Source of the DNA: a virus
Reading direction: 5' to 3' (one strand)
Length of the DNA stretch: 64,000 nt
IMG/VR virus record: IMGVR_UViG_3300047560_000724
Span: 1 to 64,000 of that record
This document shows, piece after piece, positions 18,558 to 28,515 of the stretch; position 1 is the first letter of the stretch, and each line of letters opens with the position of its first letter. The position numbers and the translations under genes were made by a program. Below the pieces are notes generated by a model. That model was given only the letters and a program-made list of their open reading frames with translations, had not been told where the DNA came from and ran no database searches.

Positions 18558-19070
18558 TTATCTCAGGAATTCACGCCAGTCTAAATTATATTTGATAGGA
18601 TCTATGCTGTGTACTCCGATTAAGTATAGCACATAACTTGCTACACTTGATCCTCGTCCTAGCCCCCACAACACTTGCTCTTTTGTACAAGTGTCAACAA
18701 AGTATTTTAACCACCTAAGCAAATCAATCATATTTCGAGCTTTAAACTCAGCAAGCTCTTCTTGCAATCTAGTTGCTTCTGGATCCCAAGGTGGCGCCTG
18801 CTCAAATAGCCATTTTTCAATGTCTAATGTTTTGTACTCGTCTGGCATGAACCAATCGGATTGTAATGCTTGATCATAGTCTGCAATACTAATTGAGTCT
18901 AAGTCGTTGTTATATTTTTTAAATGTAATTTCTGATATAGTTTCTAAATTAGAAATTTCAGTGCTTGGCTCAACTGTTAGCTCAGAAAGAAAATCTGTTT
19001 GACCCTTATAAAGGATATCAAACAGATCTTGTTCATTAAAAATAGGATTACCAAACTTGTCTACATTCAT
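18558..19070 (-). CDS. Stand-alone fragment of DNA polymerase III alpha (DnaE)
   Basis: RLQEEL...GLGRGSSVASYVLYLIG...IDPIKY segment of DnaE; only 170 aa. Confidence 0.8.
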   Translation of the reverse strand: MNVDKFGNPIFNEQDLFDILYKGQTDFLSELTVEPSTEISNLETISEITFKKYNNDLDSISIADYDQALQSDWFMPDEYKTLDIEKWLFEQAPPWDPEATRLQEELAEFKARNMIDLLRWLKYFVDTCTKEQVLWGLGRGSSVASYVLYLIGVHSIDPIKYNLDWREFLR

Positions 19071-19079
19071 TGCTTGAGT

Positions 19080-19307
19080 TTAACTGATATTAATCAATTT
19101 GTCAAGCCCATTGTCCTGGTTTTTCTGTGCATCTTCCCATTGTTTGGCGCTGCGTACTTCGACTTCTGCGTTGTACATATCCAAAACATTAGCAATCTGC
19201 ATTTTGACCTCTGAGTTAGTTGTCATAAAATATTTTCTGGTTAACTCAGAAATACGGTTTTGAAGGTCCGGATCCTTCAAAGTAGATAAGTCTACTAACG
19301 GGTGCAT
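19080..19307 (-). CDS. Hypothetical protein
   Basis: ORF from MHPLVDL coupled to the upstream stop. Confidence 0.6.
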   Translation of the reverse strand: MHPLVDLSTLKDPDLQNRISELTRKYFMTTNSEVKMQIANVLDMYNAEVEVRSAKQWEDAQKNQDNGLDKLINIS

Positions 19308-19864
19308 TAGTATTCGCCTAAGTATCTCAAGTAAACAGTACCGCCAGCATCGTATGTCCACGCTTCAAACACTTTTTCAACTTGAGTAGTTGGTAAGCTA
19401 ACTGGTGTAGTTACTGATGCTTCAGCAATTACAGTACCGTTATTTTCTGTACTAATAGTACAAGTTCTAATAGACACGCCGTCACCTTTAAGATGTAATC
19501 TTACTTGTCCAAAATGTCCTGCATCAGGCCATCCTGCAAAAGTTAAAGTAACATCAGCACCTAAAACAAAAGTCTGTAAAGTACCATCGGCGATAGTAAC
19601 ATTAGTATTTTGTGTAATTGTGCCAGCGTCTTTAGTAATGTTGTACAAACGGCTAACTTCGGCGTTGTCAATTAAGACACCGTTAAAATTATTGTCAGTG
19701 TTTAATTTTGCTGAATTATTTTGTAAATCAGTGATTTCGCTTTTTGCAACTGAGAATGCTGTTTTAATCGAGTTGAAATTGTCACGGAATCCTTGACTAT
19801 TATTGTCCTGTCCTGCTACTGGGTAAGTAGCATCAATTGTTGATGTGGTAATCTGGCTGGTCAT
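19307..19864 (-). CDS. Virion structural protein (tail/baseplate associated)
   Basis: YPVAGQDNNSQGFRDNF N-terminus; Thr-rich beta content. Confidence 0.55.
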   Translation of the reverse strand: MTSQITTSTIDATYPVAGQDNNSQGFRDNFNSIKTAFSVAKSEITDLQNNSAKLNTDNNFNGVLIDNAEVSRLYNITKDAGTITQNTNVTIADGTLQTFVLGADVTLTFAGWPDAGHFGQVRLHLKGDGVSIRTCTISTENNGTVIAEASVTTPVSLPTTQVEKVFEAWTYDAGGTVYLRYLGEY

Positions 19865-22056
19865 ACTGTTGTCCTGTCCTTAGTGAATGCAAGATATTTA
19901 TCGCTATTATTGCCGGTCACTGCGTCAATTATATATCGATCTACAGTGAAGTCGATAGATTTAAAATCGAAGTCACTGTGCTTAATGTTTAGAATCATAT
20001 CGTCTGCTGATCCTGGATTACAGAAGCAAATTGGCATGGCTAGCACATAATCGAGCTCAAATAATGATCCGGGCTGTATGCTACTCATCCATTGCGGTAG
20101 ATATGTTCTTTCTAAATCGCCCACAGTTTCAATTGTCTTGCGCCAATTTGTAATACTGTTAGCATAATTATTTTCGGTATTCTTAATATACTTTCCGTTA
20201 ACTTCTAACGGATCTATAACTGTAATGTAAACAACTTCGTATAAAACAGCACCAGTTAATTTATCTATTGCTGATGCTTTTTTAACATCACCGAACTTTA
20301 ACTTTTTAGTTTCGTTTGACATTGCCATTGCTGTAACATAAGATGCCGCGGTTGTTGTTTCAATACCTGCATAAACTAACACTCGCATATCTTTTCTTAC
20401 ACCATAGTTTGGATCTAACGGACGATACAAATAGTCTAGATCAAAAATTGTATTATCTTCAATAAACTGATTCCATACTTGTCGTTGAGATTGTTTAACT
20501 AACGGTCTAATATAAATGTTGCTGTATTGCTTGTCATCGAACGCATCGACAGAAAGTGTAAATGTCTTAGTGTTGTATGCGTAACCGTATTGGTCGCTAG
20601 CTTCAACAGTAAATGTATAAGTTCTATCAATGATTGTTTCACCGCTGTCTAGTGTAAAATCACTACCGTCAATAGTTGTAAGACCTGGATAGATGCTATC
20701 TGGGAACTGACGGACCTTGCCTGCAATTTTGCCGTCAGGTGTAAGTGCCAAGCCTGGCGGTAACTCACCGCTAATTAAATTATAAATTACTTCTGCATCA
20801 GGTACTGTAGTAGTTGCTTCTATTTGTAAAGTAGAAAGTCTATTAGCTCTAATAGTTCCAATGTGTGCATCAGTTACCCACGAAATAAAGCTATCAACTT
20901 CACCAATAATTTTTACACTAAATGATCTACTAGATGAAGTTTCATCGTGGTTAGTACCATATCGAGTCGCTGTTATAGTCCAAGAATACGATTTAATTAA
21001 ACCTGCTTGATACGGTACAACACCATAAACATCTCCAGTGCGTGGATTAAATTCTAATCCAGGCGGTAGATTATCTAAGCTATCAATGTCGTATTGTATA
21101 TTGCCGGTGTCATAGGCATTAAAAGTTTCAATTACTAAAGTGATATAATTGTTAGCTCGATAAACACCTAAGTCCGATGGAGTGATCCAGATTGGTTCTC
21201 TTAGATAGGTCACATCGGCTGTGAATAAGCCAAAGTCTGCTTCAGTGTTGTCTGCACGGAAATAATCATCCCCAACTACAAATATACCAAATTTCTTTTT
21301 GCTAACAGTATCACCGTCAGTTACTGAAACATAAAATTCGTATCTGCGATTAAGTTTTTCTTTAGCTATAAATGGAGTAATGAAATCAAAGAACGCTGTG
21401 TCATATCGATAGGTATCATATCCGTTAAATGGCTTGCGCCCGTAATCGTACAATACAGTATCGTAATAAGTATCATCATAAGTACCGTCACCTTCTTTAG
21501 GTTTGATACTTAGTACCGCTTGTATAAAACCAGATATTAAACCAGTTCTACTTAATGTTAGTCCGGGAGGTAACTCACCGTCTCCGCTACCGATGAAGAA
21601 ACTTAATTGTTGCCCGGTTGAAAGATCGTCATCAATTGCTTCTATCTGATAATTGATCCATGAATTATCTAGAGCATATAACTGTGTTAAGTAATCATCA
21701 AATGGGTGTATTGGGTATACATTAACTGGCGGTAAAACACCAACAGGTAAGTAACCAGCATTTGAAGTTATTAGCGGACTGTCTGCGCCTGCAACAGTCA
21801 TAGTAAACACGCGATCGCTAATTTCGCCGTTTGAACTAGCTCTTATACAAAATGTTGAAGTTCTTGGTCTAGGAACCTCGTGCGGAATACCAACTAAGCG
21901 GTCGTCAATTAACCGTACCCCAGCTGGTAATTTCCCAGAAATAACTGAATATGAAACACTCGGATCTGATACAACAGGTAAGCTAAGATCTAGCTCTTCT
22001 CGCTCCTGATATACGCCAAGGTTAAAGCCAGTAGATTGTGTCCAAACAGTAAGCAT
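19861..22056 (-). CDS. Baseplate/tail protein with repeated putative Ig (He_PIG) domains
   Basis: Repeated G.LPPGL.L...G.I.G motifs. Confidence 0.7.
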   Translation of the reverse strand: MLTVWTQSTGFNLGVYQEREELDLSLPVVSDPSVSYSVISGKLPAGVRLIDDRLVGIPHEVPRPRTSTFCIRASSNGEISDRVFTMTVAGADSPLITSNAGYLPVGVLPPVNVYPIHPFDDYLTQLYALDNSWINYQIEAIDDDLSTGQQLSFFIGSGDGELPPGLTLSRTGLISGFIQAVLSIKPKEGDGTYDDTYYDTVLYDYGRKPFNGYDTYRYDTAFFDFITPFIAKEKLNRRYEFYVSVTDGDTVSKKKFGIFVVGDDYFRADNTEADFGLFTADVTYLREPIWITPSDLGVYRANNYITLVIETFNAYDTGNIQYDIDSLDNLPPGLEFNPRTGDVYGVVPYQAGLIKSYSWTITATRYGTNHDETSSSRSFSVKIIGEVDSFISWVTDAHIGTIRANRLSTLQIEATTTVPDAEVIYNLISGELPPGLALTPDGKIAGKVRQFPDSIYPGLTTIDGSDFTLDSGETIIDRTYTFTVEASDQYGYAYNTKTFTLSVDAFDDKQYSNIYIRPLVKQSQRQVWNQFIEDNTIFDLDYLYRPLDPNYGVRKDMRVLVYAGIETTTAASYVTAMAMSNETKKLKFGDVKKASAIDKLTGAVLYEVVYITVIDPLEVNGKYIKNTENNYANSITNWRKTIETVGDLERTYLPQWMSSIQPGSLFELDYVLAMPICFCNPGSADDMILNIKHSDFDFKSIDFTVDRYIIDAVTGNNSDKYLAFTKDRTTV

Positions 22057-22089
22057 GTTTCGTCCTTGATGCTATATTTACCACTAATT

Positions 22090-25000
22090 TTATGTTCTGC
22101 CTACTGCTACTTCGATAACCCCTAAGTTGCCATCTTCTTTATCTTCTAGTGCTTTTCCGATAATTGCACCCAATGTTGGGTTTAACGCTTTTACAGCGTA
22201 CCCGGCAGTTGCACTAGTTGTTAGCATATCGCCTTTTTTAATTCTACCTAATACTTTACAAGGTACACGACCCTGCAATGCTATACACACTCTAGTACCA
22301 GTTAATCCTTCGTTCATTACATACGCAGGATCTGTAGTAACAACCCCAGCTAATCTAGTGTCGTTAACAATCTTAGTAGTAGTTGTTTCAGCAGCACCGC
22401 CAAACACAACTACAGTTCCGGGCTCGTATTCTGCATCTGAAGAATAGTATTCTGCCAAGTCAGCATAGGTAGCATTTAATTGCGAACCAGCTGTTAAGCC
22501 CCACTTACCTGTAATAGTACCAGTAGTAGTTGCTAGTCCAGTAGTAATCTTTCTAGTATTAATAGCACCAGTTGCTGTTGTTTTTACAAGACTATTTGCT
22601 GCACTAACTGTTGAAATAGGTGTTGACGAATATGTATTATTAGTACCAACTGTAACAGTTAATGCACCAGAAGTTGATACAATTGAATCAAACCCTTTAG
22701 TTACTACTGTACTTAAACTAACTTCTTGAGGATATGTACTTGCACCGCTAACATTACCTAAAACTTTAGCAGTACTCATATTTGCCATTTGTTGGCGAGT
22801 AACTGTGCTTGGCGGAATAATAAATCTTAACAACCCGTTGTCGTATGTTAAAACTCCGTCACCAGTCATAGTAGCGTTGTTCCACATACTAGTATGACCG
22901 TTATAGACTAGCATATCTGCATTGCTAGTGACTGCTGTTAATTTAATGCCGTCTGGTAATACACCGTTTGAGAATACTCCAGGATCACTACTGTAACTTA
23001 AAGTTACACTAGTCAGTGATCTTGCTGTTGATGTAAACACACCGTTGTATGCTAGCGGTCGAACATTTTCAACTATAAACAATGTACCAACCGGATGCGT
23101 TGGCTGTCCTGGGAATGTAAATGTTACTAACCAGCTACCGCCATTTGAAATCTTTGACTGATATGATATTGGCCCAGTTATGGTAGTGTTTAAATCTAAA
23201 TGAACATCTTCTAGTCTGCTTAGTCGTCTGTAAGTCCAGTTAACATAGTCAACATAATATTTGTTAGCAGCATCTGATAATGTTTCAGGAGCATCGAAGT
23301 TAACTCCTCGATTACCACTTAGGTTTAAGTTGCCCTTCATAGGAAGGCTACCGTCTAATGGTAAGTATCCTGGGCCAATTAGTCTACCAGCAGAAACTGT
23401 ACTGCCTGTTTGAGTTTTACCTAATCTACGGTCTACATAATTTCTAACAGCAGATTGCGTAGGTACAATATCAACAGCGTTAGCGGTCATTGAATCATCT
23501 GTTGAAAACTCGTTAATTACAACACCGCGCTTAAATCCTAGGCCATCAAGATTGCTTAATGCGGCTGATCCTGAGATAGAAATAGTACCAGTGTTTTGAT
23601 CAACACTAAAATATCTACCAACTCTAAATACACCGTCTTGGTCTGTTGTTGTATAAATTACAACACCTGACGCTTGTTCTAAAACTTCTTTATCTTGAGA
23701 AACAGTACCTGCTGGTACTCCATTTAGTTTTTTAGGATAGTTAGAAGCATTAATGCCGCCGCCGCCGATGTCAACAAAGGAATGGTTAATAGCATAACAC
23801 ACACTCATGTCGGTTATAACATTAGCTGATGCGCCTGCAACTGGCCCTGCTCTTAATACTACAGGGCTACTAAATCCAGTGATGTTTGCTGTTAGAGCAG
23901 GAGAAAAGTTTAATCGACCGTAGAGTGCTCCGGTAACTGTGGGAGTATCAAAACTTGTAACAGTATGAATAGTTCCCTTCCATCCAAACTGGTAGCCTAT
24001 GATTCTAGTTCTATCAGCGGTAGATAAATTATAAACAGCAATTTTAGTATCGCCTATTGTACCATGAGTAGCAGGTTGTGATATGAAACTAGTCACATCA
24101 ATGTAACTGTAATGTTCTCTAAGATTTGCTAAAGAATATCCAGCAACAGAATTGTCAACGCTAATAATTCTATAAGTTAAATCAGTACTATCGGCAAATA
24201 CTAGTGATTCATCTTCAGCAAGTTCTGTAGTTACACTAAAATTAATAGAACCAAGACATCTAACAGTCATTGGTGTGCCATTTGGAATAGTTGCCGCTAG
24301 GGCAAAATCCGGCGATAAGTTGTTTTGATACTGTCCAAGATTTAATTTTGCAACGCCAACAGGTAAAGTTCCGCCTTCTTCAACATTGGTTATAAAATAT
24401 CTTTTTACAGTTGTGCCTTCTACAATTTCAATCTCAGACTGACCTCTTGGCAAATAGGTATAGCTGGTAACATATACTGATATGTCACCTTCTGCATTAG
24501 TATATGAGCCAGTTGTGTACGCTGTTACACCTTGTGACAAATCTTCAGTAGTTGCTACAGTTGCTGGTGTGCGATTTAAATTGTAACCATATGATCTTAA
24601 ACCATAGTCACCAAAAGTGTTTGTACTTAGGTTTGAACGAATTTGGCCGCCATATAGTGTATAAAAACCTACATGACAGAATTCTGTTTTAACATTTTCT
24701 AAATCAGCTGAACCAGTATTTGTTGCTAATACACCATAACCTAAGTCTGATTTAATTGTAGTATTAGTTACTTGTATTCCAGTATATCCAGCTGCCTCTA
24801 AAGTAATAACAGTACCAACAGATCCTGAATACGGAGTTGCCGGATCTAATGTAATTGTAGTGTTACCTGAACTAGGTGTATATGCGGTAATGCCAATTAC
24901 TTTGTATTCTACTCCGCCTTCAAAGAATGAACTAGGAACATGCGGTTCTCTAGACTGTAACCCATAACCGCCAGTTAGTGCAATAGTTTTACCGCTGTTA

Positions 25001-27099
25001 GTTACAGATGCAACTGTGCCTCTTAGTCTACCAGCATAACCGTCAACAAATGCACCACCACGAATATTATGCTCGTTGGAACTTGCACTTATGAGTATAC
25101 AATTTGATATTTCAGGCAAACTATTAACAATATTACCAGCGGGGTCTAATACTGCCGCAAACGCATTATAGCGATCAACTGTTAAGTTTTTAATTACACT
25201 TGAATCGTTTAATAAAAATACATCAATGTCGTTATTATTTTTAGCTGCACTAGATTCATCTGCAATATCTGTTAGGTAATGACGACCATGATTAGCAGAA
25301 GTAAACGGTAGTGTATCTACTGTAATATTTCTAAAAAAGTATACTTGAGTTAGACCGCTTTCACTAATACGATCTAGTGGACGGATGATAGTTCTTTCTT
25401 TATCATCGCCTATAATTGATACATTGGCCGGAACACGAATTGGAAAGTCTTCCTCATATACTCCTGATTCAACATAGATAGTAATACCTAATGATGGAGC
25501 GCCGTGAGCAAATTCAATAGTTTCGCCTGCCTCAAAGAATACTGGTTTTGTTAAATGTAATGTAAATGTATCATAAGCCTCTCCGGTAACAGGAAAGTCG
25601 CCTTGTGTATATGATACAATATCAGCAACAGCAGATGTAATAATTCCTTTTAATACTTTGCCTGGAATTATTTCACAGTTAGCAGGATCGCCCTGCATAA
25701 CAGAAACAGCTTCGCCATTATTAATTCTAACTCGATATACACCGGTGCCAAAAGTATAGTCTGGCGCTGAGTTAGCACCATTGGTTATAATACTAATAAA
25801 TGTATTAAGATTGCTGTCTACGCTATTCTTAGCAGGTACAGATGATACTTTAGATAAATCAGTTACTTGAACAACCGAAGTTTGGTATCTAGTTGTTGTA
25901 ACATTATTAAGAACTTGTAAGACTACAGTTTTAAAATAATTAATTGCGCCAATGCTATTAGTAACTTGGTCAGCATGGTCTTCAGCTTTTACCTTTACAT
26001 CATAGTATTGATCTTTGGCAGCATGGATAGATTGGTATGTGCCACCTGTAATTAGATCAATTAATAATCCGTTTACAAGATTTCCAATAACAGCTTGATA
26101 TTCTAATGCGTTATATGGAAAGGCACTATACACCTCAGCAACATACGCTGTAAGCTCTGCAATTAAAAAATTCTTATTGTGCTCTAATAACCAGTAAGCA
26201 TTAGTGTAACCAACTACAGTAGCATTGCCATTAATAAATTCTGCTGTTGAAACAGTAGAGAAATTAGTACCCGATCCATTGTCGTAAGTTATTAGTTGTT
26301 TGAAAGAATTAGGTTCTTTTACAGACTGTGCAATTAATTGTTCAGCAGCTTCACAGGCTGCACGAATTGATCTAAATGAATGAGATAAGCTACGACCTTC
26401 TTTTCCAGACGGTGAATTAGTTTGACTATCGTCACCACTTGTAGATACAAAGAAATTAATTTCGCTAGCAAATGCAGAGTTATCCACATAGAATTTTGTA
26501 GCAGCATCTTGGTCGTCAACTGGCTCGCCAACATTTTTAATTTGGTTTGAATTTACATCTATTGAATCAGTTACTTCTAAATTAGTAGCTGTAAGTGTAC
26601 CTTCTTGAGTAGCCGAGCCACTAATGGGCAAATAGTTACTATCAGCATACCCGCGAGTCATTGCTAGCGAGTTTACATTTGGAATTGTAATTCCAAGCGG
26701 CCCGTAAATTGCATTAAAGGCATCGACAATTTCTTGTGTTGGATCTGGCAAGTTACCGAGAGCAAATCCATCTGCATTAATCGGACCTTCTAGTGTAGGA
26801 GTAGGATTAGATGCTGTAATAATAACTTCAGAGTCTGAAGATGCATCGATATCGATACCTGTACCTGCAACAAGGTCTCTTGCTGTTAATCTATTGCCTT
26901 CATTGTTTGCAATAATTATTTGATTTGAGTCATAGTCGGTAGGAGCGTCAGAAAGTTTTGTAAATGGAATAGTTCCGTCTATACCTAAAACTGTATAGAT
27001 TTCGTTAAAGTTTTCATTTACTTTCTTAAACGACTCACGGATACCATCACCGGTACCGTCATTACCTTGTACACCAATATCAATTATCTGTTTTGCCAT
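22090..27099 (-). CDS. Large tail fibre/baseplate protein
   Basis: T4 gp9/gp10-like N-terminus (IDIGVQGNDGTGDGIRESFKKVNENF), DAATKFYVD-type repeats, C-terminal ADLAEYY...PGTVV chaperone/peptidase-G2-like domain; 1669 aa. Confidence 0.8.
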   Translation of the reverse strand: MAKQIIDIGVQGNDGTGDGIRESFKKVNENFNEIYTVLGIDGTIPFTKLSDAPTDYDSNQIIIANNEGNRLTARDLVAGTGIDIDASSDSEVIITASNPTPTLEGPINADGFALGNLPDPTQEIVDAFNAIYGPLGITIPNVNSLAMTRGYADSNYLPISGSATQEGTLTATNLEVTDSIDVNSNQIKNVGEPVDDQDAATKFYVDNSAFASEINFFVSTSGDDSQTNSPSGKEGRSLSHSFRSIRAACEAAEQLIAQSVKEPNSFKQLITYDNGSGTNFSTVSTAEFINGNATVVGYTNAYWLLEHNKNFLIAELTAYVAEVYSAFPYNALEYQAVIGNLVNGLLIDLITGGTYQSIHAAKDQYYDVKVKAEDHADQVTNSIGAINYFKTVVLQVLNNVTTTRYQTSVVQVTDLSKVSSVPAKNSVDSNLNTFISIITNGANSAPDYTFGTGVYRVRINNGEAVSVMQGDPANCEIIPGKVLKGIITSAVADIVSYTQGDFPVTGEAYDTFTLHLTKPVFFEAGETIEFAHGAPSLGITIYVESGVYEEDFPIRVPANVSIIGDDKERTIIRPLDRISESGLTQVYFFRNITVDTLPFTSANHGRHYLTDIADESSAAKNNNDIDVFLLNDSSVIKNLTVDRYNAFAAVLDPAGNIVNSLPEISNCILISASSNEHNIRGGAFVDGYAGRLRGTVASVTNSGKTIALTGGYGLQSREPHVPSSFFEGGVEYKVIGITAYTPSSGNTTITLDPATPYSGSVGTVITLEAAGYTGIQVTNTTIKSDLGYGVLATNTGSADLENVKTEFCHVGFYTLYGGQIRSNLSTNTFGDYGLRSYGYNLNRTPATVATTEDLSQGVTAYTTGSYTNAEGDISVYVTSYTYLPRGQSEIEIVEGTTVKRYFITNVEEGGTLPVGVAKLNLGQYQNNLSPDFALAATIPNGTPMTVRCLGSINFSVTTELAEDESLVFADSTDLTYRIISVDNSVAGYSLANLREHYSYIDVTSFISQPATHGTIGDTKIAVYNLSTADRTRIIGYQFGWKGTIHTVTSFDTPTVTGALYGRLNFSPALTANITGFSSPVVLRAGPVAGASANVITDMSVCYAINHSFVDIGGGGINASNYPKKLNGVPAGTVSQDKEVLEQASGVVIYTTTDQDGVFRVGRYFSVDQNTGTISISGSAALSNLDGLGFKRGVVINEFSTDDSMTANAVDIVPTQSAVRNYVDRRLGKTQTGSTVSAGRLIGPGYLPLDGSLPMKGNLNLSGNRGVNFDAPETLSDAANKYYVDYVNWTYRRLSRLEDVHLDLNTTITGPISYQSKISNGGSWLVTFTFPGQPTHPVGTLFIVENVRPLAYNGVFTSTARSLTSVTLSYSSDPGVFSNGVLPDGIKLTAVTSNADMLVYNGHTSMWNNATMTGDGVLTYDNGLLRFIIPPSTVTRQQMANMSTAKVLGNVSGASTYPQEVSLSTVVTKGFDSIVSTSGALTVTVGTNNTYSSTPISTVSAANSLVKTTATGAINTRKITTGLATTTGTITGKWGLTAGSQLNATYADLAEYYSSDAEYEPGTVVVFGGAAETTTTKIVNDTRLAGVVTTDPAYVMNEGLTGTRVCIALQGRVPCKVLGRIKKGDMLTTSATAGYAVKALNPTLGAIIGKALEDKEDGNLGVIEVAVGRT

Positions 27100-27105
27100 A
27101 TTGTT

Positions 27106-27429
27106 TTAAACCCCAAAGCTGCTACCGCAACCGCATGTGTTAGCCGCGTTGGGATTTTTAATTGTAAAACTTGAGCCCATGAGGTCTTCTTTGTAATCTA
27201 TTTCTGCGCCTTGCAGGTATTGCATACTCATAGCGTCTACTAACACTTTCCACGCACCGCACGGCACTTCAAAATCGTCTTCGTTCTTCTCACTGTCAAA
27301 TGTAAATCCATAGCTAAACCCTGCACAACCGCCACCTTGAACAAAGGTGCGTAGGCACAAGTTTTGGTTGTTTTCTTCTGCTAGCAAGTCTTGTATTTTT
27401 ATCTTTGCTGATGGTGAAATTGTGATCAT
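27106..27429 (-). CDS. erpA: Fe-S cluster carrier, ErpA/IscA (HesB) family
   Basis: GGGCAGFSY and [12 protein letters not shown] motifs. Confidence 0.88.
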   Translation of the reverse strand: MITISPSAKIKIQDLLAEENNQNLCLRTFVQGGGCAGFSYGFTFDSEKNEDDFEVPCGAWKVLVDAMSMQYLQGAEIDYKEDLMGSSFTIKNPNAANTCGCGSSFGV

Positions 27430-27526
27430 AATCAGTCCTTATGTGATATTTATCAATAGCATTTTATAAGACTTGCAGCCAAGAAAAAAGCGTCCTAAGA
27501 CGCTTATAAGTGAATGTAGTGTAGTT

Positions 27527-28087
27527 TTACTCAGCTAATCCTGCTCTAGCACTAATTACATTCCAATTGATGATTTTCCATTGGTTTTCTAAGTACTTCT
27601 TCTTGTCTGCTTGATAGTCTAATGCCCAAGCGTGTTCCCACCAATCAATAAGCAATACAATATCAAACTTAATATCGTGGTTCTTTATAGTCTTTATTTT
27701 TCCATCTTTTGCCAAGTATACCCATCCGCTACCTTGAATTGCCATCGCTTCTTTAGCAAATGCTTCTTTAAACTTGTCAAAAGTCTTAAAATGTTTAGTA
27801 ATAAGTTCACTTGCTGAACCGCTAGGAGCATTAGAATTTGTTGGCTTTTGAAATTGTGTAAAGTACAGATCGTGTAAGAATGCACCTGCTTCATTAAAGT
27901 CTGCATCGCCTTCTCCGTTATTAAACCGGTCAACATAGGCTTTATATAACTTACCATAATGGTAATCTAATGACTGTTTACTTAAACTTTTACCTAACTC
28001 ATTACGGTCGTACGGTAACGCTGTCTGTGTTAAAGTTTTAGGTGCTTTGCCTTCATTTAATGAAACATATCTGATAAAGTTATACAT
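27527..28087 (-). CDS. Fe/Mn superoxide dismutase-like protein
   Basis: LPY, YHYGK, LHDLYF, GSGW and DWWEHAW motifs. Confidence 0.85.
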   Translation of the reverse strand: MYNFIRYVSLNEGKAPKTLTQTALPYDRNELGKSLSKQSLDYHYGKLYKAYVDRFNNGEGDADFNEAGAFLHDLYFTQFQKPTNSNAPSGSASELITKHFKTFDKFKEAFAKEAMAIQGSGWVYLAKDGKIKTIKNHDIKFDIVLLIDWWEHAWALDYQADKKKYLENQWKIINWNVISARAGLAE

Positions 28088-28093
28088 AATGAT

Positions 28094-28108
28094 ATTTAGC
28101 TATAAATA
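28094..28108. promoter_or_regulatory. Back-to-back T4-late-type promoters (CTAAATA on -, TATAAATA on +)
   Basis: TATTTAG-C-TATAAATA; TAAATA also precedes many genes, e.g. near 7565, 15412, 22075, 27447, 32775, 40975, 49311, 51342, 59347, 60055, 62002. Confidence 0.65.
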
Positions 28109-28113
28109 ACACG

Positions 28114-28212
28114 GTCAAGCGGTCAACTGGGCATCCAAGGATCCTTAAGCCACTGCTTTCTCAGTTTTCAAGTGGCACAGCCAATGTGGCTACAGGCAAA
28201 TTGGCGCTTGAC
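28114..28212 (+). ncRNA. Candidate ~100-nt structured RNA
   Basis: Terminal stem GTCAAGC/GCTTGAC extended by GTCAA/TTGGC, inner hairpins GCCACT/AGTGGC and AGCCA/TGGCT, directly after TATAAATA. Confidence 0.45.
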
Positions 28213-28269
28213 ATTTTTATAATAATGGGTTTTTTTATTATAAATAAAAAACCTAAGGAGACACATAAA

Positions 28270-28515
28270 ATGTTAGGATTATTGAAAAAACTATTTGGCG
28301 GTAAGCCAGCAGAAGCAGCACCATACAAGGTTGAAACTCCAACCGCAGAAGCAGCACCACAACCAGCTGTTGCTGTTGAAGGTGCCGGCGCTGTTGAAGT
28401 TGTTGCTGAAAAGCCTGCTAAACCAGCCAAAGCTAAAAAGGCACCAGCTGCTAAAAAGCCAGCTGCACCAAAAGCTAAAAAGCCACGCAAGCCTAAAGCT
28501 AAGCCACAGGCATAA
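28270..28515 (+). CDS. Small Lys/Ala/Pro-rich (histone H1-like) protein
   Basis: AAGGAG RBS, TATAAATA upstream, AKKPAAPKAKK tail. Confidence 0.65.
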   Translation: MLGLLKKLFGGKPAEAAPYKVETPTAEAAPQPAVAVEGAGAVEVVAEKPAKPAKAKKAPAAKKPAAPKAKKPRKPKAKPQA

